From Macrostomum lignano (Eukaryota): a stretch of 41,841 nt of DNA. A program made the translations under genes and the position numbers. This document shows positions 12,410-22,784 of the stretch, in pieces (the stretch's first letter is position 1; each line of letters begins with the position of its first letter). The notes below the pieces were generated by a model that was not told where the DNA came from, searched no databases, and saw nothing but the letters and a program-made list of their open reading frames with translations. The stretch lies in the NCBI GenBank assembly GCA_002269645.1, contig NIVC01004565.1:1-41841 (forward strand), read 5' to 3'.

Positions 12410-13203
12410 GCAAGGACAGCATCGCAGGGCAGAAGCAGCCGCAACAGAATCGGTCCCGGTCGCCGCCGCCACCACCGCGGCCAGCTGACGACGACGACGA
12501 CGACGACGATGATGACGAAGAAGAAGACAAGAAAGATGAGCAGCAGCAGGTGGATGCAAGTTCCGCCGCCAAGTTTAACGTCGTTGACGACGACGGAGAC
12601 AGCGACGACAGCGAACAGAGCGCCGAAGAGCGCGGCTTCTACGACGATGTGGCCGAAGACAGCGACGATGACGATGACATCAGCGAAGAATTCGGCGGCT
12701 CCCGCGGCAAAACGGTATACGAGAAGGTTCGCGCCAGGGAGCCGGACCTGAGCCGCCAGCCGGACCGGGGCATCATGCGCAAGCCGGGCGAGGCCGGCCG
12801 CCTGGCCGCCAAGGTGACTCGCAAGGAGTCGCTCGCGCGCTTCCTTGAAAACCAGCGACGCGAGAGGAAGAACGGCCTCCAATTGCAACGGGTGCCGTCG
12901 CAGCTTCGACGCGAGGAGCGTCGCCGGATTGGCAACGTTCTCGAGCGACGGCTCAGCCAGCGTCCAACAGCAGAGGAGCTGGAGAATCGGAACATTCTGC
13001 ACGTCGACTCGGAGGCGGAGCTGGAGTCCGCCCGACAGCAGACGATCAGGTACCTGACGCGGAAGCTCAGCTACCGGCCAACTGTGCATGAGTTGCGGAA
13101 GCGGCGAATTATCGATTTCAATGACTACGTCGAAGTGACGGACACCGAGGAGTACGACCGCGGCATCGACAAGCCGTGGACCCGGCTCACGGCAACAGAC
13201 AAG
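12410..13203 (+). CDS. PHACTR: PHACTR coding exon 6: acidic tract, C-terminal RPEL repeats and PP1-binding region
   Basis: RPEL motifs LERRLSQRPTAEELENRNIL and LTRKLSYRPTVHELRKRRII, followed by DFNDYVEV...YDRGIDKPWTRLTATDK. Acceptor TGCAG at 12409, donor AAG|GTGAGT after 13203. Confidence 0.95.
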
Positions 13204-13369
13204 GTGAGTGGATCACAATTGTGGATTCATTGAGTTTAGCAAATATGAGCACACTAATGTGAAACTGAACGCTAGGCTTAGACGAGCTCTGGATTATGTA
13301 GCTATAGAAGCATTTCCAAGCAAATTGCAGCAGAAATTGAAAGATTTGAATCATAGCGAACCTCCAGAT

Positions 13370-13562
13370 CAGGGGTCGGCACCTCGAGGACCAGATAGAG
13401 AACCTAGAGCATGACTGCCGGCCAGAGGAGGGGGGAGAGGAGAGGGAAGAGGGAGAGGAGAAGAGAGGAAAAGAGAGGAGGGATGAAATCGAAGAGGAGA
13501 GCGGAGATGTTAGAGAGGAAAGGTTGAGCGGACCGGATTGCTTTTGTGAAGTTTCAAAGGAC
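13370..13562 (+). mobile_element. hAT-like element with GA microsatellite (copy B, last PHACTR intron)
   Basis: Starts CAGGGGTCGGCA, then a GA-rich tract, then TTGAGCGGACCGGATTGCTTTTGTGAAGTTTCA, matching the reverse complement of 8355-8395. Confidence 0.6.
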
Positions 13563-13699
13563 CCGGCGTCCTACTACATTTGTACATTTGTGCTCTATTG
13601 CTCATACATTCATAGCTACTGGCTATTCACGTGAATTTGTTCGTGGTTGAGAAATCTATAATCATCTTTGTTTCCAAATATTTCCCTTCACAACTACAG

Positions 13700-13792
13700 G
13701 CCAGAATTCGCAAGGAGCTCAATGACTTCAAAGCCAACGAGATGCCAGTTCACGAGGAGAGCCGAAAGCACACACGATTTCACAAACCCTAA
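13700..13792 (+). CDS. PHACTR: PHACTR terminal coding exon
   Basis: Acceptor ACTACAG at 13699. Reads ARIRKELNDFKANEMPVHEESRKHTRFHKP*, matching the PHACTR C-terminus (AIRKELNEFK..EMEVH..SRHLTRFHRP). Confidence 0.95.
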   Translation, partial: ARIRKELNDFKANEMPVHEESRKHTRFHKP

Positions 13793-14165
13793 ATAAGCAG
13801 GTGAACCGGAACAGAACCCGAAAACTACATGTATGAATCTGAAAAAAACTTTTTTAAGTCAAACATCGATCAAGCGAAGTCCCTCAATGTTTTTGAGCTT
13901 ATTACCAGTTTTTTAATCCCGAGAGGCGCTACACTTCGAGCCGCGACCGTGTTATGGGTGCTTATTGCATTCGCAAGTCGTGTGTTAGTGCCTCCTTAAC
14001 TCGTAACTCAAAACCACAGGCGTCCTTGCTCGCATTAGCTAAACTTTCGGGCCATAGACGATGAGCCGCTGCATCCCAGAGCTGCCACCAGTGTAGCGCT
14101 CTGCCCCTCTGGATTCTATGCTTCTATGCTCTGGTTCTCTGGTTCTATGCTGGTTTTCTGGTTCT

Positions 14166-14520
14166 ATGCTCTGGATCATAGAATGTGTGCTCTGGATCAT
14201 AGAATCTGTGCTCTGGATCATAGAATGTGTGTTCTGTATCATAGAATGTGTGCTCTGGATCATAGAATGTGTGCTCTGGATCATAGAATGTGTGCTCTGG
14301 ATCATAGAATGTGTGCTCTGGATCATAGAATGTGTGCTCTGGGTCATAGAATGTGTGCTCTGGATCATAGAATGTGTGCTCTGGATCATAGAATGTTTGC
14401 TCTGGATCATAGAATGTGTGTTCTGGATCATATAATGTGTGCTCTGGATCATAGAATCTGTGCTCTGGATCATAGAATGTGTGCTCTGGATCATAGAATA
14501 TGAGCTCTGGATCATAGAAA
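14166..14520. repeat. 21-bp minisatellite GGATCATAGAATGTGTGCTCT, about 17 copies
   Basis: Tandem units directly visible, with a degenerate lead-in at about 14100-14165. Confidence 0.97.
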
Positions 14521-14699
14521 CTTTAGAACCATGGATTAAGCCAAGTTCTCCCAAGCTCAAACTGACCGCAAAATGCAATACACGTGTCTGTGGCCAGCTA
14601 TTGCAATATAAGGGCACTTCTAAGCCGACCAATATCATCTATACTAAGTGTTTGAGTATACCGCGGTCATAACTTTCAAATTTGCTATAAAAACAAGAA

Positions 14700-14964
14700 G
14701 TTCAATCAAGGGCCAGCAATCTGCATCTCCCCTCCCATCTCCTCTCTAACTTCCCCTATTCTCTTCTCTCTCATCTCTAGCTAGCTCTCCCTCTCCTCTC
14801 TGGCCCCTCCCTCTCCTATGTTCTCTCCCTCTCCCCTAGCTCCCATCTCTACTTCACCACTTTTGTCTCTCTCCTCTATTCCCTCACCATTCCTCTCATC
14901 GCGCCGGTGACCATGATCTCAAATTCTTTATTTGGCCCACGAGGTAAAAGTTTACCGAGCCCTG
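14700..14964 (-). mobile_element. hAT-like element with CT microsatellite (copy C)
   Basis: Terminus reads CAGGGCTCGGTAAACTTT on the minus strand. Subterminal AATTCTTTATTTGGCCC is shared with copy D. CT-rich tract. Confidence 0.55.
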
Positions 14965-16235
14965 AGTTAAATAGAAGTTAATTGACCGCAAACAGTAAAT
15001 GCACTCAGCTCGAACTTAGTTTACAGGTAGTGATCTTGCCATTTTGCTTATTCCCTGTGTGTAATCATTCAATTCATCCATAGCTTGTTTATGAGGCTTG
15101 CTTTTGAATAATTTATATTTCAGAGAAAAATAGGAGTCCTTTTAATGCATGTAACTACGCGGGTATAATGAAAATTATTTCGGTATTATAATATTTGCAT
15201 TATTAGTAGTCATGCAGTCGTTGGGGTTTTCTGCGGTTTGTTGATATTTTGCAGCCGTTAAAGTCCTTTTTATAGCGTATAGCGTAAATGTACGCGTTGG
15301 AGTATAAATCAAGTATTCCTTTCTCGGATAATGGAAATTGTGAACTGCTTCCATCTGACCTGATTGACTAAAACTATTTGTCTTATAAACAATATTTTTG
15401 TCATAATAAATCAGTTAAAAATGTACTTTTATTTGTATGCATGTACTCTGTGTTGTATTTAAAGTGTAATAATTATTGCAATACTGAATCGTTTTGTATT
15501 TGTTTTGTACTTTCGTAATAAATCTAAAAGCTTCAATGCGAAGCGTGCGTGCACTGCCGTCTCTTTTGCGCAGGGCGTGGCCGCACTCAATGCAAACCGA
15601 AGTTTGAGCTGCATATAGGATTAATAAATAAATAAATATACATATATTCCTCTGTTGGGGAATTGCGACTTCAAAGCAATGATGATAAGCCGCTGTCTGC
15701 ATTTTGTTTAAAATTAGCTATCATATAAATTAACTAACATATGGCTATCAATTATAGCTAAGCTGTTCCTACATTTCTCCACAGGTGCCCATCTAGCTAT
15801 ACAGCGTATATGTATCGATAATTTTATTTCAATTCTGTTCAATATTCAGTTAACAGACAGCAATTTATACATTTAGGGGTGCGGACTTTGAGGAGCTCCA
15901 TTATTACAGCACAATACAGAATTACAGCTAGCATAAGAAACAGGATAGATAGAGTTATACTACTGCTAGTCTCAGTCAAAGTAGCCAGTTACAGATTTTT
16001 CGAATTACTTTTTTGTTGCAACAAGTTTAAACGAAATAAAGCAAAGATAGCTTTATTGTTATAACAGGGATGTTGGGAGCCAGCAGAGTGAAGTGTAATA
16101 AGAAATGCAATTTACTTACACCAAGAAATGAAAAATTAAAAAAGAGAACAAGCTTATAGATGTGATCAGAAAAAGATCGAGAATACAACTATGAAAATCT
16201 CAACTCTTGATCAAGTTGGCAAAGAGAAACTTCAC

Positions 16236-16686
16236 CACAGATACTCGAATAACTAGTAGATGGGCCACTCAGCACATTTGCGTGTAAGCTACTTTCAGTT
16301 CAGTAGTAAGTTAAACAGAAGCATTTTAATATATTTTTAGAGACAAAGCTTATTTATTGGCCCTTACCCCCCCCCCAGCTTAAACCTTCCAACCGCGCCT
16401 TTCCACTACCCCCCGCCCCATTTTTTTTGCCTTTCTCGGAATTCCAGCCTAAGGCTGCCATGTACATTTCAGTGGACTGGCCAATGTACATTACTGCTGA
16501 ACCAATTAGCAAGTTGTTTACGCCTGCAAGCTTGGGCTTCTAAACTTATCAAAGTCATTTCAGCTGCCTTTAATTTCATAAAAATAGCTTATGTATTCTT
16601 CTATGCTACTGAACTGAAAGTAGAAAGTTGTTTTGCTTAGCATATATGCCTGAGTGGCCCATCCAGTTATTCTAGTATCATCTGTG
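16236..16686. mobile_element. MITE-like element with about 70-bp imperfect terminal inverted repeats
   Basis: GAATAACT..GATGGGCCACTCAG and CTACTTTCAGTTCAGTAG (16247-16308) recur inverted at 16605-16672. Ends are CACAG...CTGTG. No clean TSD. Confidence 0.6.
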
Positions 16687-16846
16687 TTCGGCAATCGTAA
16701 GCTTCGATCTCTAGAGCAATGAACCATTATAATCTACGTTTGCAACAGGGCGAAACACTCGCTTAAAAGTGCATCAATGAGATAGAATAAAAAGTCAACG
16801 ATTTAAAGTACTTAAAGGACGATTTCTTACTTTCGGCCGCTAATAC

Positions 16847-17130
16847 AAATAATAATAATAATTGATTACACAGATGTGCAACCGACAGCTCAGCCGCAGC
16901 TATTGCGAGGCGCATCTGAAGGCTGCGTGCGGCTGTTCAGTCCAGGGACTGGGGGGTCGCCACACACCCTCAGTTACCCCAGCTAATGCTGGCACCCATT
17001 TTACAGCTGGGTGAACTGAAGCAATGCAGAGTTAAATGTCTTGCTCAAGGACACAAATGGTTCATAGTGGGGCAGGGAATCGAACTCCCGACCTTCAAAT
17101 TGTGAGTCCGATGCTCTAACCACTAGGCTA
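16847..17130 (-). mobile_element. tRNA-derived CORE-SINE, copy 2
   Basis: Reverse complement of the 9651-9961 element. Slightly 5'-truncated and missing 16 nt near the tail. Confidence 0.9.
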
Positions 17131-17468
17131 AAATCTAAGCAAAAATGCTAGTGAAGACTGTCATAACTTTAATTCCCAGCCATTAAATGTTTTTTCTCCG
17201 CTCAAGGTTGTCTATGGTAAAAATCCCTCGCAGGCACTGGCTGGAGCAAAAATAAAGCTTTGCAAATAGATAAATGAAGGCCATGCCAATATGACATTCG
17301 GTCTGAGACCCCTAGAAATCAACGGCTCAATAGTGCCGACACAGGAAAGCAATCATATGCTGCTTCACAATAGCTCAACCTCAATGTCTCTTCTCAGTTC
17401 TCTTAATCTCCTCTCTCATCCCATATCCCAGCCAGAAACATAACAGAGACAATCAATCAGGTATCAAA

Positions 17469-17996
17469 TCAGCCCTGGCTGACAGCTGTAGGCCAGTTCG
17501 CGCACAGCCGTTCAATGTCATCCAACGACAGCGAGTCAACCTTGGCGGCGAGAGCGCGGCTAAACATGGCCACATAGGAGTCGGCGTCTGCCGGCGCCAT
17601 GCCCGGATTGTCACGAACAACCCGACGCCGGAGTAGGTCGGCGAATGTCGCTGTTGCTGTTGTTGACGAAGCAGACGGTTTGTCGGTGCCAACATTCGAA
17701 GAGTCAGCGGCAGCCGCGACATGCGCTGGTCCCGATGATTCAGCAGAAGTCGCAGCTTCCTTGACAACCAGAACTAATCGATCGCCGTTTCGAACGCCCA
17801 GACTGGACAGACTGGCATCAGCGACGTCTGCGGGCACCAGCAGTGGCCGGCCGCGCAGCATCAGGCGCTGATTGGCTGGCGGACAGCCGAACGCTTCAGA
17901 TACGGCCCGGTGCAGCTCGGCGAGGCTGGCACCGTCTGGCAGTTCAATGGTGTGCTCACCACCGCGGAGCTGCTTCACTGTCAGGCTGGGCATCAT
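17469..17996 (-). CDS. UBL4A: Ubiquitin-like protein 4A / GET5-like (BAG6 complex), 175 aa, single coding exon
   Basis: N-terminal UBL fold (LTVKQLRG...NQRLMLRGRPL...GDRLVLVVK) plus C-terminal LSLDDIERL, matching the UBL4A BAG6-binding segment LTLDDIERL. Confidence 0.88.
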   Translation of the reverse strand: MMPSLTVKQLRGGEHTIELPDGASLAELHRAVSEAFGCPPANQRLMLRGRPLLVPADVADASLSSLGVRNGDRLVLVVKEAATSAESSGPAHVAAAADSSNVGTDKPSASSTTATATFADLLRRRVVRDNPGMAPADADSYVAMFSRALAAKVDSLSLDDIERLCANWPTAVSQG

Positions 17997-18030
17997 GAGA
18001 GATTGTTGGAGCTCAGCTCAGAGTTGAGTT

Positions 18031-18590
18031 CAGCTATGAATATGAGCCAACTCAGCTATGAACAGGAGCCAACTCAGCTATGAATATGAGCCAACTCAGC
18101 TATGAATATGAGCCAACTCAGCTATGAATATGAGCCAACTCAGCTATGAACAGCAGCCAACTCAGCTATGAACAGCAGCCAACTCAGCTATGAACAGCAG
18201 CCAACTCAGCTATGAATATGAGCCAACTCAGCTATGAACAGGAGCCAACTCAGCTATGAATATGAGCCAACTCAGCTATGAATATGAGCCAACTCAGCTA
18301 TGAATATGAGCCATCTCAGCTATGAACAGCAGCCAACTCAGCTATGAACAGCAGCCAACTCAGCTATGAACAGCAGCCAACTCAGCTATGAATATGAGCC
18401 AACTCAGCTATGAATATGAGCCAACTCAGCTATGAACAGGAGCCAACTCAGCTATGAATATGAGCCAACTCAGCTATGAATAGGAGCCAACTCAGTTATG
18501 AATAGGAGCCAACTCAGCTATGAACAGGAGCCAACTCAGCTATGAATATGAGCCAACTCAGCTATGAATAAGAGAGCTCAGATATGAATA
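18031..18590. repeat. 22-bp minisatellite CAGCTATGAA(TAT/CAG)GAGCCAACT, about 25 copies
   Basis: Tandem units directly visible, starting 35 bp upstream of the UBL4A ATG. Confidence 0.97.
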
Positions 18591-19176
18591 GGAACCATTT
18601 TTATTGCTAGATATGATTCAGATATTTTAACAGAAAATGCAGAAGATTTCATAACTAAGGTGGTTGAGACGCTATAGATGCTGAGAGCAGTTGATGATTG
18701 GGATACTCAGGGACTTAGTCAACCATAAACGGTACAAAAATAAAGCTGAAGCACACAACCACTGGTTGCCAACAGTCTCCAATGACAACAGAACGCACTG
18801 TCCCATTCCCAAAGTTCAGCGCCGGGTCTAAAAATCAATAGACCACGGCAAACACGCAAGAAATGTTTATTAATTTCCTTTCTTCTCTTTCGCAGGCGCC
18901 AAAGGCGAAGCAAAATAAAAATGCACGCAAACAGACAACATCAGCAAAGAGAATTTACCAAAGCACGCAGGACAAGAGCAATGCAATCGGACAAATTAAT
19001 TTGAGTAAAATACAGGAAACACTATTTCTTAGAAATTATTCGAGGCAAATGCACAAAAATTGCTTTTATATTTCGATCATTTTTTATCTTTCCAAGCAAA
19101 AAATGTCTGAAATGACAAACAATATCATTATTCCCTGGTTTCCTCCTAATAAAACCACTGCTTATTCATATTTAAA

Positions 19177-19490
19177 GGGGGTTGTAGCCAGTGGTTAGAG
19201 GGTCGGACTCGCGACTTGAAGGTCGGGAGTTCGATTCCCGATCCCACTATGAACAATTTGTGTCATTGAGCAAGACATTTAACTCTGCATTGCTTCAGTT
19301 CACCCAGCTGTAAAATGGGTGCCAGCATTAGCTGGGGTAACTGAGGGTGTGTGGCGACCCCCCAGTCCTTGGACTGAACAGCCGTACGCAGCCTTCAGAT
19401 GCGCCTCGCAATAGCTGCGGCTGAGCTGTCGGTTGCACATCTGGCCTAATTGGGGCAGGTGTAATCAAATATTATTATAAATTGTATTAT
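19177..19490 (+). mobile_element. tRNA-derived CORE-SINE, copy 3
   Basis: Same head (B-box GAGTTCGATTCC), CORE block and tail as the 9651-9961 copy. Confidence 0.9.
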
Positions 19491-20053
19491 TATACTCTAT
19501 TTGAACCAGCCTCAAATATTTTCTAAGCTTTTGTGAGGCCTACGCTTGGTAACTATAGATGAGAGTACATCAAAATTCAGAGAGACAGGCAGACAAGGGA
19601 ATACAGGTTTAAGCATCCATCAAGAAATTCTAACAGAACAACATTTCACTGAGAACTAATCTCCAGTTGCGATATTCAATAGACTAAGCAATAACAAAGT
19701 CACCCCGAGGATAAAAGCTCAAACCAAAAAGCGCACTGAACAAGGGTTACCCAAGCCTCCTATTTGCTTTCACAAAGCAGAGAGTAAACCTTACTTTACT
19801 AATGAAAATTCAACAAAATTAAGCAAACTCGAGAAACTTGCAACAGTTGAAAATTCTAAATACGAGTATAGTGTCGCAATGGGCTTGGAATTCGAATGAC
19901 ACGCGCGCACAATCGCACGTACGAGGGTATGCCATAAAGCGTATAACTTATCACTAGGCGTGCACAATTGCTGCTTGAACTGTTGAAATTTGCCCTAACT
20001 AATAAATTGACACTTTGAATCATTTGTTGTCACTCTATCAGTAAGATACAGGG

Positions 20054-20749
20054 ACTGTCACTCTCGACCATTGGACTATCACTATTGACAATAGACTGTT
20101 ACTATTGACCATAGACTGTCACTCTTGATCATAGACTGTCACTCTTGACCATAGACTGTCGCTCTTGACCATAGACTGTCACTCTTGACCATAAGCTGAC
20201 CCTCTTGACCATAGACTGTCACTCTTGACCATAGGCTGACCCTCTTGACCATAGACTGTCCCTCTTGACCATAGACTGTCGCTATTGACCATAGACTGTC
20301 ACTCTTGACCATAGACTGTCACTCTTGACCATAAGCTGACCCTCTTGACAATAGACTGTCACTCTTGACCATAGGCTGACCCTCTTGACAATAGACTGTC
20401 CCTCTTGACCATAGACTGTCGCTATTGACCATAGACTGTCACTCTTGACCATAGACTGTCGCTCTTGACCATAGACTGTCACTCTTGACCATAGGCTGAC
20501 CCTCTTGACCATAGACTGTCCCTCTTGACCATAGACTGTCGCTATTGACCATAGACTGTCACTCTCGACCATAGACTGTCACTCTCGACCATAGACTGTC
20601 GCTATTGACCATAGACTGTCACTCTCGACCATAGACTGTCACTCTCGACCATAGACTGTCGCTATTGACCATAGACTGTCACTCTTGACCATAGACTGTC
20701 CCTCTTGACCATAGGCTGTTCCTCTTGACCATAGACTGTCCCTCTTGAC
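20054..20749. repeat. 20-bp minisatellite GACCATAGACTGTCACTCTT, about 35 copies
   Basis: Tandem units directly visible downstream of the SRP14 stop codon. Confidence 0.97.
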
Positions 20750-20918
20750 ATGCCTTAGGAACTGTTTAAGAAACAGGCACTTAAACACAGTAAACTGTTA
20801 ATATTGACCAATACAATAACAGGAAGCGATCCCCCAGACTTTAAATCAACAGTCTGCACAGTTAACCAATGATTAGCGGTGGCAGAACAGAAACAATACA
20901 CAGCTACGGTAAGGCAAT

Positions 20919-21223
20919 TTAGCTAGCCTTGGCCTTGGCTTTGGCAGCAGCGGCAGCGGCGGCAGTGGCAGCAGCGGCGGCTTTTTTATCCCGCTTTTTA
21001 AGCCCGTCAATGTTGCCTTTGAGCAAGCTGGAGAATGCCAATTGGAACCGATTGACATCTTTCTGGTGCACCACTGTGCTCAGCTTCCGGCTGTTCAGTG
21101 TGGCCCGAATCAGGCAGCCGCACTCGCCGCCGCCAGACGATGTGGCATCCCCGGAGCCGCTGCCGCCAGCGCGACGGCGAGGTTGCCGATTTTTGCGCGG
21201 TCTGTGCTGGTCCTGGCCGTCGT
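20919..21223 (-). CDS. SRP14: SRP14 terminal coding exon
   Basis: Acceptor TTGCAG, phase 1 (T|AC GAC GGC = YDG). CLIRATLNSRKLSTVVHQKDVNRFQLAFSSLLKGNIDGLKKRDKK matches the SRP14 C-terminal half. Confidence 0.93.
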
Positions 21224-21467
21224 CTGCAAGAGTTTTGAATAAAAAATTGTTTGAGATTGGCCCAGGGATTAGCTCATCCAAGCTGGGGCGAATTTCGAAA
21301 CGCTGTGGGCTTAAAAAACGTGCGTTATCATTTTCAACAATAAATCGTGATGCCTGTGGGTAAACGGCGGGAGTAACTAGCAAGTAACTCGTCATCTAAT
21401 TAGTGCTCGAGGATTAATAACTCCAGGAATTTATCGTTGATAAAATATTAGTTTATACAAAGTTGTT

Positions 21468-21680
21468 TTCTGTGAAACTTAACAATAGCAATCCAGACTG
21501 CTTAAGGTTTGTGTCTTCTTAGCACTATTATCCCTTCTCTCCTCTCTCAATTCTCTCCTCTCCTCTTATCTAGTACTTTCTAGTCTCCTCTCTCATATTC
21601 TATTCTTTCACCTTTCCTTTATCTGTGATTCTGGCCCGCAGCCATGTGCTGAATTCTTTATCTGGCCCCTGAAGTTGTAG
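21468..21680 (-). mobile_element. hAT-like element with CT microsatellite (copy D, SRP14 intron)
   Basis: Shares the TGTGAAAC..CAATAGCAATCC..GCTTAAGGTTTGTGTCT flank with copy A and TGGCCCGCAGCCATG..AATTCTTTATCTGGCCC with copies B and C. Confidence 0.55.
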
Positions 21681-21859
21681 CACCAATGGGCACACCAGTA
21701 AATCATAAAATAAGCTACTTTTGTACAAAATCTATCCCTTTTAGGGTAAGAGAAGATATGTTAACTAATAGGCTACGAGCATAATTTGCTTCCTGTCTTT
21801 ACTTTGGTCTATAAAAGTAGTTTCGATTTGATCTTGAAATTACACGTCAAGTCACTTAC

Positions 21860-21938
21860 ATTGCTTCATGGTGATGCGTACAGTGCCCGTGCCAGATGAC
21901 TTTGACTTTTGAAAAAGTTTTGTCAGCTCTGTCAGGAA
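21860..21938 (-). CDS. SRP14: SRP14 internal coding exon (not in the ORF track)
   Basis: Acceptor CATTTTAG, then FLTELTKLFQKSKSSGTGTVRITMKQ(Y), then donor T|GTAAGT. 79 nt. Matches SRP14 FLTELTRLFQKCR.SGSVYITLKKY. Confidence 0.93.
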
Positions 21939-22289
21939 CTAAAATGATATTTTTAGACGATGCATTTTAGTAAACAAATATATGCCATACTAAGAATAAA
22001 TCTACAAACACATGGATATCCTGTAAAGTATGCAGACAAGTCTAATTTTATTGAATGTTATAATTATAATTTTATAGCAGATTTTACTAAAGTTGTGGAT
22101 ATTTTAAACCAGCTTCAAGCATACAAGTATGGGAATTTATTTCTTTATCCTTATGGGATGCCAACTACCAAAAGTCAAAATTAAGATTTTAAGCCAGCAT
22201 TGGATCTCATTGGCTAGAGGGACTGGGTTGCTGCACAGAATGACAGGCAATGTCTGTCTAAGACATGCATTGGTAAACTCTGGTATTTT

Positions 22290-22784
22290 CCTCTCTCTTC
22301 TATTTCCTTAGGTCGTAACTTCTCTTCTCTTCTTCCTCTTCTCATCTCTCTCATCTCTACTCTCTATCTCTCCTTTCTAATCTTGTCACTATTCTCTTAT
22401 ATCATATCTTTATTCTTTTATTTCCTTTCCCCTCTTCTTTCTTCATCTCCTCTTTTTACTTATTTCTCTGCTTTTTCTCTTTTCTCTACTCTCTATTTTC
22501 TTATCTCTCTTCTCTCTTCCTTATTCTTCTCTCTTATATTTATTTTTCTTCTCTTCCCATGTCTTTTCAATTCTCCCTTCTCTCTTCTCTTCAATGTCTT
22601 CTCTTTCTTTTTAACCTTCTCCTTTCATTTCTTTTGCCCTTTTCTCTCCCCTCTCTTTTGTCATTCATTTTCTCATATTTTTTTCTTTTATACACATCTG
22701 TTTCCTCACTATTTTCTCATTGTTTATTCTCTTTCTAGCCTGAAGCCATGAGCTAGCCCTAGAGATAAAAGTCTACTAACTCTG
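22290..22784 (-). mobile_element. Degenerate hAT-like element / CT-rich low-complexity tract (copy E)
   Basis: Long CT tract ending in AGCCATG...AAAAGTCTACTAACTCTG, a decayed form of the AAAAGTTTACCGACCCCTG end. Confidence 0.35.

Noticed and set aside
15415-15702. CIECGH segment resembling the RPB12 zinc ribbon
   Set aside because: Only one CxxC, poor downstream match, and no upstream exon supplying the first pair.
14039-20572. Repetitive ORFs MIQSTHS, CALDHRM, IIECVLW and 20282..20572
   Set aside because: Translations of the 21-bp and 20-bp tandem arrays, with no independent evidence of coding.
21224-21395. N-terminal 57 codons of track ORF 20919..21395 as part of SRP14
   Set aside because: Intronic read-through. 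The true upstream exon is at 21860-21938, with matching phase.
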